Assembly: GCA_963807165.1 (NCBI GenBank)
Contig: CAWDZM010000001.1
Location: forward strand, 507,590 to 571,589
Source: an uncultured bacterium
Lineage (GTDB): Bacteria; Patescibacteriota; Minisyncoccia; UBA6257; 2-01-FULL-56-20
Direction: 5' to 3'
DNA length: 64,000 bases
In this document: positions 47,813 through 55,893 of the stretch, piece by piece
Numbering within the stretch: the stretch's first letter is position 1
Layout of the letters: every line of letters starts with the position of its first letter
Program-made: the position numbers and the translations under genes
The notes under the pieces: model-generated
The model's input: the letters and a program-made list of their open reading frames with translations, nothing else
The model's database searches: none
What the model was told of the DNA's origin: nothing

Positions 47813-49269
47813 TCAATTTCTTGCTTATGTGCGGGTCAGTTCAAAAGACCAAAGCCGTGGCGCATCGCTTGATGAGCAAAGATCCCGCATTGAGGAATAC
47901 GCTCGCAGAAAAGAAATCTTCATCGTTAAATTCTACGGCGAAGTAGAGTCGGCATCAAAGACAGGCCGAGAAATATTTGACGATATGATAAAACGCCTAA
48001 AAAAAGAGCACCTCGGAGGAATTATCTTCCACAAGACCGACCGAAGCGCACGAAACCCAAGAGATCAAGCTCTCCTCTACGAACTCATGCAGGAGGGATA
48101 TGAACTTCATTTCGTTACCGAAGGGATCTCGACGAACGATCATTCCGGTAGGAACCTCATTTACATCATGTGGGGTCTCGCCAGTGGATATAGCGAGAAT
48201 CTTAAAAATGAGATTAATAAGGGAGTTATTGGACGACTCAAACAAGGCAAGTGGCCACTTCAATCCCCTGTCGGCTATATGAGAACTGGCAACATTAAAG
48301 ATTGCATAAAAGGGATTGATCCGATCAAAGGCCCACTCATTAAGAAACTCTTTGAGGAGTACGCAACTGGAAGGTACTCGGTTCAAGAGCTTGGCCCTCT
48401 CTCTAAAAAAATCGGACTGACCAATAACAATGGTGGCTCTCTCGGTAGAGATTCTCTCCATAACATCCTTCGCAATCCGTTTTATTACGGCCTCCTAAAA
48501 CACAAATACGGCACCTTTCCGGCAGAGCATGAGCCTCTTTTTTCCAAGACGCTGTTCGATAAGGTGCAGTATGTTCTTAAAGAAAAAGGGTTCAAAAAGA
48601 GCCGGGAATTTGGGTACAGCTTTAAAGGCCTCCTGAAATGCCAAATATGTGCCCGACGGATGAAGGCAACCACTGCCAAAGGGAAGTATCACTACTACCA
48701 CTGCCGTGATTGGAATTGCGGAGTAAAAACGGTAGCAGAAATAAAACTGGAAGCTGATTTCATCGAAGCATTAAAAGGGTTGGAGTTTTCGGACGAAGAA
48801 GCGCATATGTTTAAACTGGCGATCAACGCCTTTCGTGGCACAGTACAAAAAACACAGACCGATATGGCTACCTCCCATACGCTTGAAATCAAAAGCATCA
48901 AAGCGAGGTTAGAAGGCCTGTTCCAGAAAATATATGGAGCAAAAGGTGGATGATGAAACCTACAACAAAGCCCGAACTCAGCTGTTAAATCGGGAAATAG
49001 ACCTCAAAGAACAAATCGCCGTATTAGAAAAAACAGACGGCAACGCATTCAACGAGATGGATGAATTGGTCAAACTCCTGAAAAATCCGGCGCAGGCATA
49101 CGAAAAAGCCGATCCAGTGAATAAGCGACGATTGCTGATTTCTATGGTGGCAAACTTAACACTACACGATAAAACGCTAGTAGTTACTTGGAAAAAACAC
49201 TTTGAGGTGGTCGCAAATCGACCAAAATTAAATTCAAGTGGAAGCGGGCGGAATCGAACCGCCGTGTAA
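47781..49269 (+). CDS. large serine recombinase, C-terminal coiled-coil in the +1 frame (frameshift near 48936)
   Basis: MMASMNRSSNNQFLAYVRVSSKDQ (catalytic Ser), recombinase domain, and zinc ribbon CQICARRM...HYYHCRDWNCG. Frame 0 stops at 48953, but the coiled-coil continuation YMEQKVDDETYNKARTQLLNREIDLKEQIAVLEK... reads on in ORF 48934..49269. Confidence 0.6.
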
Positions 49270-49542
49270 AGATAATGCCGATGGGCCGTCTACGAGTGTA
49301 GTTTAGCTAGGCTAAGCGAAGTGATCATATTTTCGCGCCGGGCGTATGATCGTCAACCTGACGCTAGTCTCCTTATATAAGACCGGTATCAATCCAAGAG
49401 ACCCGGACTGGCCGATCCCGCACGGTTACGCGAAAGCGAAAGCGCGCGGAGCTGCAACGTTAGAGTTGGCAGTTATAGGTTGTGCAGCGATAACGACGCT
49501 GCCAACGACTCGCAAACCCACGGATTATCTTTATCGAAGCCA
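49239..49542 (-). ncRNA. ssrA: tmRNA (ssrA)
   Basis: Minus-strand RNA: 5' GGGAGCG pairs with 3' CGCUUCC-A, giving a G3-U70 wobble (Ala identity element). T-arm GGCGG-UUCGAUU-CCGCC. 5' region GGGAGCGCAUUGGCUUCGAUA resembles tmRNA 5' ends. Candidate tag ORF ...GCC AAC UCU AAC GUU GCA GCU CCG CGC GCU UUC GCU UUC GCG UAA (ANSNVAAPRAFAFA). ~304 nt, CCA not encoded. Confidence 0.55.
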
Positions 49543-49688
49543 ATGCGCTCCCCCATGCATACTTGCATGTTTAGTAGCCTTCGATAAGGCTGCCGCTATT
49601 ATACCATACGCAGTGCTATAATTAAAGGGTACAAAAAACGCAGCCAAAGGTCGAAGACTGAAACGATAACCAGAATTTAATCTCTACT

Positions 49689-49898
49689 ATGGAAGAAGGA
49701 AACATGCAGGGCAAAGGCATGGTGTGTAAGTGCCCTCATCACAAAGCATTGCCGGTGATCCTCGTTCTTATCGGCCTCGACTTCCTTTTGGGAGCCCTTG
49801 GCGTTTTAACGATGATGTTCGTCAGCATCACCTGGCCAATTCTTTTAATCATCCTCGGATGCATGAAGATGGTGCGCTGCGGCTGCTGTTCCAAATAG
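49689..49898 (+). CDS. hypothetical small Cys-rich membrane protein
   Basis: 69 aa with CKCPHH, one TM helix and a CGCCSK tail. Confidence 0.3.
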   Translation: MEEGNMQGKGMVCKCPHHKALPVILVLIGLDFLLGALGVLTMMFVSITWPILLIILGCMKMVRCGCCSK

Positions 49899-49903
49899 AA
49901 ATA

Positions 49904-49975
49904 AAAATATCCCGTGGCCCTCTCGTTCCGACGTAAGCACGTCCACTCACTCGAGGGCAGCGGGATATTTTTATT
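49904..49975. terminator. bidirectional terminator hairpin with a conserved 25-nt loop, copy 1
   Basis: Stem aaaaatatcccgtggccctcg / cgagggcagcgggatattttt encloses ttccgacgtaagcacgtccactcac at 49926-49950. The loop is identical to the one at 52176-52200. Confidence 0.5.
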
Positions 49976-49993
49976 TCTATTTCGCACAGCTAC

Positions 49994-50572
49994 TTACTTT
50001 TCTTCGGTGACCTTTTGGACGTTCGCCCTCTTTAATAATTCTGCTTGCATCCATTCGGCGAGGTCTTTGTCGAGCGCGGGAAGGATTCCTTCGGTGTCAT
50101 CGTCGCCGGGCTTTTCATCTTCTTCATGGCCGGCGGTAATGATGACGATGCGGCTCAATCCCATCATCTGGAATGAAAGATCGCGCTTGATATCCACGTC
50201 CTGGATCTGCCGATAGGGAATCGCCACCTCCTCTTTATTTAAAATGCCACGCTTTATTTTTAATGAATCATCGCCGAGGCAGAATTTGAACGTCGTATAA
50301 ACAAGCCACGCGCTGAGTATAGTGATCGCGAGCACGAAGACGAAGAGTCCAAGGCCGATCCACGCCGCGAGCATCACATAGCTGACAATATTTGCAACGG
50401 GCACCGTCGCGAGAAACGCCTGCTGGCTCACGATGAACAGCACGATAGTGAGCAAAAGCAAAATGAAGGCCGCATGCACGCGTTGAAGGAAAAATATCCA
50501 AAACGTCTTCTTCCCCATCGTGTGATAGACCTCTTCGGGAACGCCGGGATGGGTGATCGGATTTTCGTCCAT
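49994..50572 (-). CDS. membrane protein with a bacterial PH (bPH_2/YdbT-like) domain
   Basis: Two TM helices, then KIKRGILNKEEVAIPYRQIQDVDIKRDL...GLSRIVIITAG, the bPH_2 pattern. Confidence 0.45.
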   Translation of the reverse strand: MDENPITHPGVPEEVYHTMGKKTFWIFFLQRVHAAFILLLLTIVLFIVSQQAFLATVPVANIVSYVMLAAWIGLGLFVFVLAITILSAWLVYTTFKFCLGDDSLKIKRGILNKEEVAIPYRQIQDVDIKRDLSFQMMGLSRIVIITAGHEEDEKPGDDDTEGILPALDKDLAEWMQAELLKRANVQKVTEEK

Positions 50573-50622
50573 GGTTTTTAGGGTGGTTTTGATTATTCTA
50601 CCACAGCTGATATAATGGAGGC

Positions 50623-51129
50623 ATAATCAAGCCCCGCATCAACAATCAAATAACCGCACCGGAGCTCCGCGTCATCGGCGAGGCCGGAGAAAATCTTGGC
50701 GTCATGTCGCGCGAAGCGGCGCTTAAACTCGCCCGCCCGGACGATGGCATCGACCTTATCGAGATATCCGGCTCGGCAAAGCCGCCTGTCGTGCGTTTAA
50801 TGAGCTATGACAAGTTCCGCTACGAGGAAGAAAAGCGGGTCAAAAAGGAACGCGCTGCGCAAAAAACCGCCGCGATGAAGTCCGTGCAGATCAGCGCCAA
50901 GGCCGCACACAATGATCTGATGGTAAAGGTAAAGCAGGTGGAAAAGTTTTTTGCGCAAGGCCATCCGGTGGAAGTGAATATGCGCCTGCGTGGCCGCGAG
51001 AAGCGCAACAAGGACTGGGCAATGGAAAAGCTTAAGGAATTTTTAACATTACTGCCCGTGGAATATAAGAAGCTCAGCGAGCCAAAGTTTTTGGGCAACG
51101 GCCCGGCGGTGCAGATCGCGAAGAAATAA
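50623..51129 (+). CDS. infC: translation initiation factor IF-3, non-AUG start
   Basis: The ORF from ATG 50704 holds the IF-3 C-domain. In-frame upstream codons give IIKPRINNQITAPELRVIGEAGENLGVM, the IF-3 N-domain, with no ATG; GGAGG at 50617-50621 then ATA/ATC. Confidence 0.75.
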   Translation: MIKPRINNQITAPELRVIGEAGENLGVMSREAALKLARPDDGIDLIEISGSAKPPVVRLMSYDKFRYEEEKRVKKERAAQKTAAMKSVQISAKAAHNDLMVKVKQVEKFFAQGHPVEVNMRLRGREKRNKDWAMEKLKEFLTLLPVEYKKLSEPKFLGNGPAVQIAKK

Positions 51130-51138
51130 AATAACAAA

Positions 51139-51549
51139 ATGAACGAGAACCCCGAAAAGAATAAAGAAGAGTTCAGCGAGGAACAACAGGAAGTGATCAA
51201 TGAGTGGATGGCAAAGTATGCCACAGAAGAAATCCCTGCGGAAAAGCGCCGGGAAGGAGGGCCGGAGATCATTGAACTCGAGAGAATGCTTGAAGATTTT
51301 GAGCAAACCCACGATCTCGCGGCGCTACTCACTATTACCAATCTTACATTTGAGGAATCATTACTTCATCCCACCCGAAAGCCTGCACAGCTTGCGCTTA
51401 ACCCTATCTATGCAAAACTGCGCACCCTCAAAGAAGAAACAAATATTACCGATGAGCAATATAAAGAATTGGAAGTAAAAAGGGATCGTTTATCACAAGC
51501 TGTCGGAATGCTCAGGAGCGACAATACCGTTGATCACTCGGAAAGATAG
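51139..51549 (+). CDS. hypothetical acidic protein inserted between infC and rpmI
   Basis: 136-aa Glu-rich ORF occupying the usually tight infC-rpmI junction. Confidence 0.35.
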   Translation: MNENPEKNKEEFSEEQQEVINEWMAKYATEEIPAEKRREGGPEIIELERMLEDFEQTHDLAALLTITNLTFEESLLHPTRKPAQLALNPIYAKLRTLKEETNITDEQYKELEVKRDRLSQAVGMLRSDNTVDHSER

Positions 51550-51620
51550 CCAACTATTGCCAATCCAGCGAACCTATAGTAAGCTTACTGTCATTGAGCA
51601 ACTAGGCTCATTTTACTGAA

Positions 51621-51791
51621 ATGCCTTCCAAGAGCGTAACTAAGAGAATAAAGATCACGAAGAACGGGAAGATCGTTCGCCGCCGCACGGGGGTGAGCCA
51701 TTTTAAGACGCGTAAAAGCAGCAAAATGAACCGTGATTCCCGCAAGAGCCGCTCTCTCAACATGTCGCTCAAGACAATTTTGAACAACTAA
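51621..51791 (+). CDS. rpmI: 50S ribosomal protein L35
   Basis: MPSKSVTKRIKITKNGKIVRRRTGVSHFKTRKSSKMNRDSRKSRSLNMSLKTILNN (56 aa, below the ORF-track cutoff). Sits in the conserved position before rplT. Confidence 0.8.
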   Translation: MPSKSVTKRIKITKNGKIVRRRTGVSHFKTRKSSKMNRDSRKSRSLNMSLKTILNN

Positions 51792-51807
51792 TTTCTGATC
51801 CACTACC

Positions 51808-52155
51808 ATGCCACGCGTAAAACGAGGAGTAAATGCTCACCAGCACCGCGAGAAGCTTCTTAAGAGCACAAAGGGTTTTCGGTGGGGTCGCAAATCAAAA
51901 GAGCGCGCCGCAAAGGAGGCTTTGCTCCATGCCCTCTCCCGCGCATTCCGCGGACGTAAAGAAAAGAAGCGCACCTTCCGCCAGCTCTGGACCGTCAAGA
52001 TCAACGCCGCCATCCGCCCCGAAGGGATGAACTACAGCACATTCATCGCGGCGCTCAAGAAAGAAAGCATCAAGATCGACCGCAAGATTCTCGCAGACCT
52101 CGCAGAGAACGAGCCGGAAGTGTTCAAGAAGGTGGTTGCCGCGGTGAAGAAATAA
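51808..52155 (+). CDS. rplT: 50S ribosomal protein L20
   Basis: MPRVKRGVNAHQHREKLLKSTKGFRWGRK... matches the canonical L20 sequence. Confidence 0.9.
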   Translation: MPRVKRGVNAHQHREKLLKSTKGFRWGRKSKERAAKEALLHALSRAFRGRKEKKRTFRQLWTVKINAAIRPEGMNYSTFIAALKKESIKIDRKILADLAENEPEVFKKVVAAVKK

Positions 52156-52225
52156 AAAATACCCCTCCTGTTTCGTTCCGACGTAAGCACGTCCACTCAC
52201 GAAACAGGAGGGGTATTTTTTATTT
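52154..52225. terminator. bidirectional terminator hairpin with a conserved 25-nt loop, copy 2
   Basis: Stem aaaaaatacccctcctgtttcg / gaaacaggaggggtatttttt encloses ttccgacgtaagcacgtccactcac at 52176-52200. Confidence 0.5.
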
Positions 52226-52768
52226 TGCGTCCTTAGCGGTGGGTTCCTTTGCGACTGCGTGTGGCGTGGCAACGGTAGGCTTCGCTGGGATGCGCTTATG
52301 CGGCTTCAGATAATCGCTCGCCTGCTTCAACACCTTTCGCGTATCGCCATATTTTTTGCCGATCACGTTCAGCGCGTCATGGTAGAGGAACCAGCCATAG
52401 CCGCTATGTTCGCGCGGTTCAATGCGGATGTCAGCCTTATGCGTCTCGGCCAAAAATAAAATGACGGTGTCGTAGATTCCCTGGTTGCCAATCTTAAAAT
52501 AGAAACGTTCGTATGCGCGGAAATTCGGCAACATGCGCAGCTCACTCTTTTTTATCCCTGTCTCCTCTTCCAGCTCGCGAAGCGCAACATCGATTGTACG
52601 TTCGCCCGGCTTGAAGTGACCCTTCGGAAAATTCCAATAATTGCCGCGGCGATAGAGCAATAGGAATTTTATCCCATCGCTCGTCTTGCGATAGACCACA
52701 AAGCCCGCCACGACCTGTTTTTTGGTCGGGATACGCTTTGATTCATCCAATTCACGGGTTGACGGCAT
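52220..52768 (-). CDS. NUDIX hydrolase
   Basis: GHFKPGERTIDVALRELEEETGIK is the Nudix box (GX5EX7REUXEEXGU). Confidence 0.75.
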   Translation of the reverse strand: MPSTRELDESKRIPTKKQVVAGFVVYRKTSDGIKFLLLYRRGNYWNFPKGHFKPGERTIDVALRELEEETGIKKSELRMLPNFRAYERFYFKIGNQGIYDTVILFLAETHKADIRIEPREHSGYGWFLYHDALNVIGKKYGDTRKVLKQASDYLKPHKRIPAKPTVATPHAVAKEPTAKDAK

Positions 52769-52833
52769 GGTGTGATTGTAACACCGCGAGCTCTTTAATC
52801 AAAATTTAATGGGGTATTTGCTAGGATAACGAA

Positions 52834-53316
52834 ATGTCTCTTTTAGATTATATTTTTGCAATGATAGATTGGTGCAAAATTGCCATTCAGTTACAGATAA
52901 AACCCCGACACATCTTTTTTAAAGAAGGGGAAATTTGGTGGTGTAGCGTCGGGATAAATGTCGGCGTGGAGATATTTGGGAAAAACGCAGATTTTGCGCG
53001 CCCCGTCATTATATTTAAAAAATTTAATGATAATTCTTTTCTAGGAATCCCGTTAACCACCCAACCAAAACAGGGAGTTTGGCACGTTTCATTTATGCAC
53101 GCCGATAAGAAACAATATGCAAATTTCTCTCAAATAAGAACCTTCGACAGCGGCCGCCTGATTAATAAAGTCGGTGTTTTAAGCGACGGCAACTTTCAAG
53201 AGATGCAAAATCGATTTGTAAAATTATATACCCCAGAAAATACTCACCCCACAGCGCCTTCAGAAAAAAGCGATGCGGGGTGCGGTGGGGAATCCCAAAA
53301 ATCTGCCTCTTTATAA
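52834..53316 (+). CDS. MazF/PemK-family toxin-like protein (no adjacent antitoxin seen)
   Basis: GEIWWCSVGINVGVEIFGKNADFARPVIIF...PLTTQPKQ...QIRTFDSGRL matches the MazF/PemK pattern. It has a ~50-aa C-terminal extension. Confidence 0.45.
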   Translation: MSLLDYIFAMIDWCKIAIQLQIKPRHIFFKEGEIWWCSVGINVGVEIFGKNADFARPVIIFKKFNDNSFLGIPLTTQPKQGVWHVSFMHADKKQYANFSQIRTFDSGRLINKVGVLSDGNFQEMQNRFVKLYTPENTHPTAPSEKSDAGCGGESQKSASL

Positions 53317-53358
53317 TAGAAGTTCCATATATAATGTCAAAAGATTTTTAATAAATAT

Positions 53359-55179
53359 TTAATGTTTTAAAAACTTCAGCATCTTTTCTACGGGCCATGC
53401 ATTAATAATATCTTTCTTTTCCGCCCAGCCGCGGCGCGCCTGCGCGATGCCGCATTCAAGAAAGGCGTAGTGCGCCGCGGCGTGCGCGTCGGAATCGATA
53501 CACATCTTTACGCCTGCTTCCACGCATTTGCGAATGTGTTCATCTTTAAGATCACTGCGCTCCGGCAGCGCGTCAATCTCTAAAATAGTGCCGGTCTTCT
53601 TTGCTGTCACGATGATCTCGTCAATATCTATATCAATCGGCGGACGCTTGTTGATGAGCCGCCCGGTCGGATGAAAAAGAATGTCCACATTCGGGTTGCT
53701 GATCGCGCGAATGACGCGCGCCGTTTGCGCGGCGCGTGGGAGATCAAAGAACGAATGTACCGACACCCCAACGACATCCAGCTGCGAAAGCGTCTCGTCA
53801 TCAAGATCAAGAGTGCCATCCTTTAAAATATCGCACTCGGTGCCTTTTAATATTTTTATTTTTCCGGCGAGCTTCTTATTCACCACATCAATCTCATCCC
53901 ACTGCTTACGGATGCGCTTTTCATCCAGACCATGCGTCATCGCAAGGCGCTTCGTGTGATCAGTGATGACGATATACTTCAGCCCGCGCGCGGCGGCGTG
54001 GCGCGCCATCGCCTCTATGGAAGCGTCGCCGTCGGTCCAGTTGGTCTGCACTTGGAGATCGCCCTGAAGGTCGTCGTAGCCAATCAGCTTTGGCAGACCC
54101 CCGGATTTTGAAGTGGCCGCGCCGGATTTTTTATTAGACGTCTTCTTCTCAAACTCGCGCGATGCCGCCTCCACCTCGCCCGCATTCTCGCGCAACTCCG
54201 GTTCCACATACGCCATCTTGAGCGCCGTGTATATATCTTCCTCGCTGCGGCTCGCCACGCGCGCGCCTTCCTGCTCCGCGCCTTTCTTTGTCGAGCCAGT
54301 TTTAATTTTGAAAAGTCCGTACTCGTTGAGTGTGAGCCCGAGCTTGTTGGCGCGCGCGCGAATGACGACGTTATGTTCTTTAGAGCCGGTAAAATAATTG
54401 AGCGCTGCGCCGTAGGATTCGGCGGGCACCACACGTAGGTCAATGTTGATCCCCGGCTTTATTTTTATCGACGACTTCGTTGGGCCGTGCGCGATCACCG
54501 TCATAATCCCCGGCGTCTTTGAAACAAACTCGTCCATGATGATCGCAGGCTTGGACGAGACCGCAAGGATGTCGATGTCGCCGATCGTCTCCTTGCGTCG
54601 CCGTGTCGATCCGGCGACGGTCACTTTTGAAACGCCCGTCACCGCCACCAACCGCTTTTCGATCTCGCGGATCTGGGGCAACATCAAGCCACCGATGAAT
54701 CGCAGACCTGAACTTTTTGCGAACCCGATTCCCTTCAAAATCTTTTCCTCGCTTTTTTTCCCAAAGCCTTCGAGCACGCCGATCTTTCCCTTCTTCGCCG
54801 CCGCTTCCAAATCTTTCAAATTGCGCACGCCGAGCTCTTTATATAATTTCTGGATCAATTTCGGTCCGAGCCCTTCCACGCGCGCGAGCTCGTCCAGGCG
54901 CACTGGCGTCGCCTTCTTCAACTTTTCATATTCCGTGCTCCGTCCCGTCTTTACCAACTCCTCTATGATCTCCGCAATAGATTGACCCACGCCGGGAATT
55001 TCCTTGAGCGCCTTTATGCCGCCCTTCGCGTATGTCTCCGCAAGCTCTTCCTCGAGCGCGCCAACATTCTCCGCCGCCTTCTCGAAGGCGCGCGGCTTGA
55101 ACTGCACGTGCTGCATTGCTAAATACTCGCCGATCTGGCGCAGGACTTCCGAGATGGATTGGTTGGAGATGGAGGGCAT
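53359..55179 (-). CDS. polX: DNA polymerase X family protein with a C-terminal PHP domain
   Basis: Pol-beta-like HhH/palm region (GIGFAKSSGL..., VAGSTRRRKETIGDIDILA) and a C-terminal PHP domain (QVQTNWTDGDASIEAMARHA..., VITDHTKRL). Confidence 0.8.
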   Translation of the reverse strand: MPSISNQSISEVLRQIGEYLAMQHVQFKPRAFEKAAENVGALEEELAETYAKGGIKALKEIPGVGQSIAEIIEELVKTGRSTEYEKLKKATPVRLDELARVEGLGPKLIQKLYKELGVRNLKDLEAAAKKGKIGVLEGFGKKSEEKILKGIGFAKSSGLRFIGGLMLPQIREIEKRLVAVTGVSKVTVAGSTRRRKETIGDIDILAVSSKPAIIMDEFVSKTPGIMTVIAHGPTKSSIKIKPGINIDLRVVPAESYGAALNYFTGSKEHNVVIRARANKLGLTLNEYGLFKIKTGSTKKGAEQEGARVASRSEEDIYTALKMAYVEPELRENAGEVEAASREFEKKTSNKKSGAATSKSGGLPKLIGYDDLQGDLQVQTNWTDGDASIEAMARHAAARGLKYIVITDHTKRLAMTHGLDEKRIRKQWDEIDVVNKKLAGKIKILKGTECDILKDGTLDLDDETLSQLDVVGVSVHSFFDLPRAAQTARVIRAISNPNVDILFHPTGRLINKRPPIDIDIDEIIVTAKKTGTILEIDALPERSDLKDEHIRKCVEAGVKMCIDSDAHAAAHYAFLECGIAQARRGWAEKKDIINAWPVEKMLKFLKH

Positions 55180-55195
55180 AGATAAATTCTACCAC

Positions 55196-55873
55196 CTATG
55201 CCACTGTGTCCCCCGGCTTGAGCTCCGTCGCCTCTTCGGCCGCGGCGATGGTCGCCTTCGTGGCAGCGCTCGACTTGGGCAAGATCAGATCCGGCACGGC
55301 GATCAGCACGAACGCGGCGATCAGCGCGAGAATGCCAGCCGACACAAAAACGATATTGTATCCCATCGTTCCCGCAATGACGCCGCCGAGAAATCCGGTG
55401 ATACCCGCGGCGATGCCGCTCACCGACGAGTCGAGCGACCAGTCGAGCGCGATCTTGTCCTTGTCCAAGTGACGCGAGAAGATCGTCGGCCATGATGCGT
55501 AATAGAGCGCGAAGGCGACCGCGTGTACGGCGTGGATCGCGTAGAGTTCCCACACTTGCGTGACCCAGCACATTGCGATCGCGGAAATGCCGACGAGCAG
55601 CAGCCCGCCGATGAGCGCCACGAAGTCGGCGTGCTCGCCTTGCGTGCCGTCAAGATAGTTCGCGATGGGAACCTGTATGACAGAACGGAGTATCCAATAG
55701 ATCGCGGCAGCGATGCCGACGACCATCAGCGTCCCACCCACCACGCGCTGAATAATGAACACTGAGAAAATCGGGTCGATCAACCCCCATCCCGCGAGCA
55801 AAAAGAAATCGGAGATGATGAAGTACTTCACCAGCCGTCCCACCTTGATATCGATGTTTACTTTTATGCGCAT
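55196..55873 (-). CDS. hypothetical 6-TM membrane protein (MFS half-like)
   Basis: 225 aa with six hydrophobic helices. Confidence 0.3.
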   Translation of the reverse strand: MRIKVNIDIKVGRLVKYFIISDFFLLAGWGLIDPIFSVFIIQRVVGGTLMVVGIAAAIYWILRSVIQVPIANYLDGTQGEHADFVALIGGLLLVGISAIAMCWVTQVWELYAIHAVHAVAFALYYASWPTIFSRHLDKDKIALDWSLDSSVSGIAAGITGFLGGVIAGTMGYNIVFVSAGILALIAAFVLIAVPDLILPKSSAATKATIAAAEEATELKPGDTVA

Positions 55874-55893
55874 GGGAACGTTAGCTGTGAATT

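Larger units (their letters stand above)
25966..49275. mobile_element. ~23 kb AT-rich genomic island integrated at the tmRNA 3' end, bounded by serine recombinases
   Basis: Abrupt shift to AT-rich composition after 25955. tggaggcgggag at 25966-25977 resembles the tmRNA 3'-terminal tggaagcgggcg at 49239-49250 in direct orientation. The right end holds two tandem serine recombinase genes overlapping the tmRNA 3' end. Contents: defence-like operons plus a RepA-like helicase and a VirE-like protein. Confidence 0.5.

Noticed and set aside
49346-49621. 91-aa plus-strand ORF.
   Set aside because: It lies wholly within the minus-strand tmRNA gene. No RBS, and its composition is dictated by the RNA structure.
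51591-51809. 72-aa minus-strand ORF.
   Set aside because: Antisense to rpmI (L35), which is clearly encoded on the plus strand in the conserved infC-rpmI-rplT context.
54084-55571. Multiple overlapping ORFs (54084..54443 -, 54443..54985 +, 55004..55495 +, 55119..55571 -).
   Set aside because: All overlap the PolX gene or the 6-TM membrane protein gene in alternative frames. They are Arg/Ser/Pro-rich, typical of spurious frames in GC-rich coding DNA.
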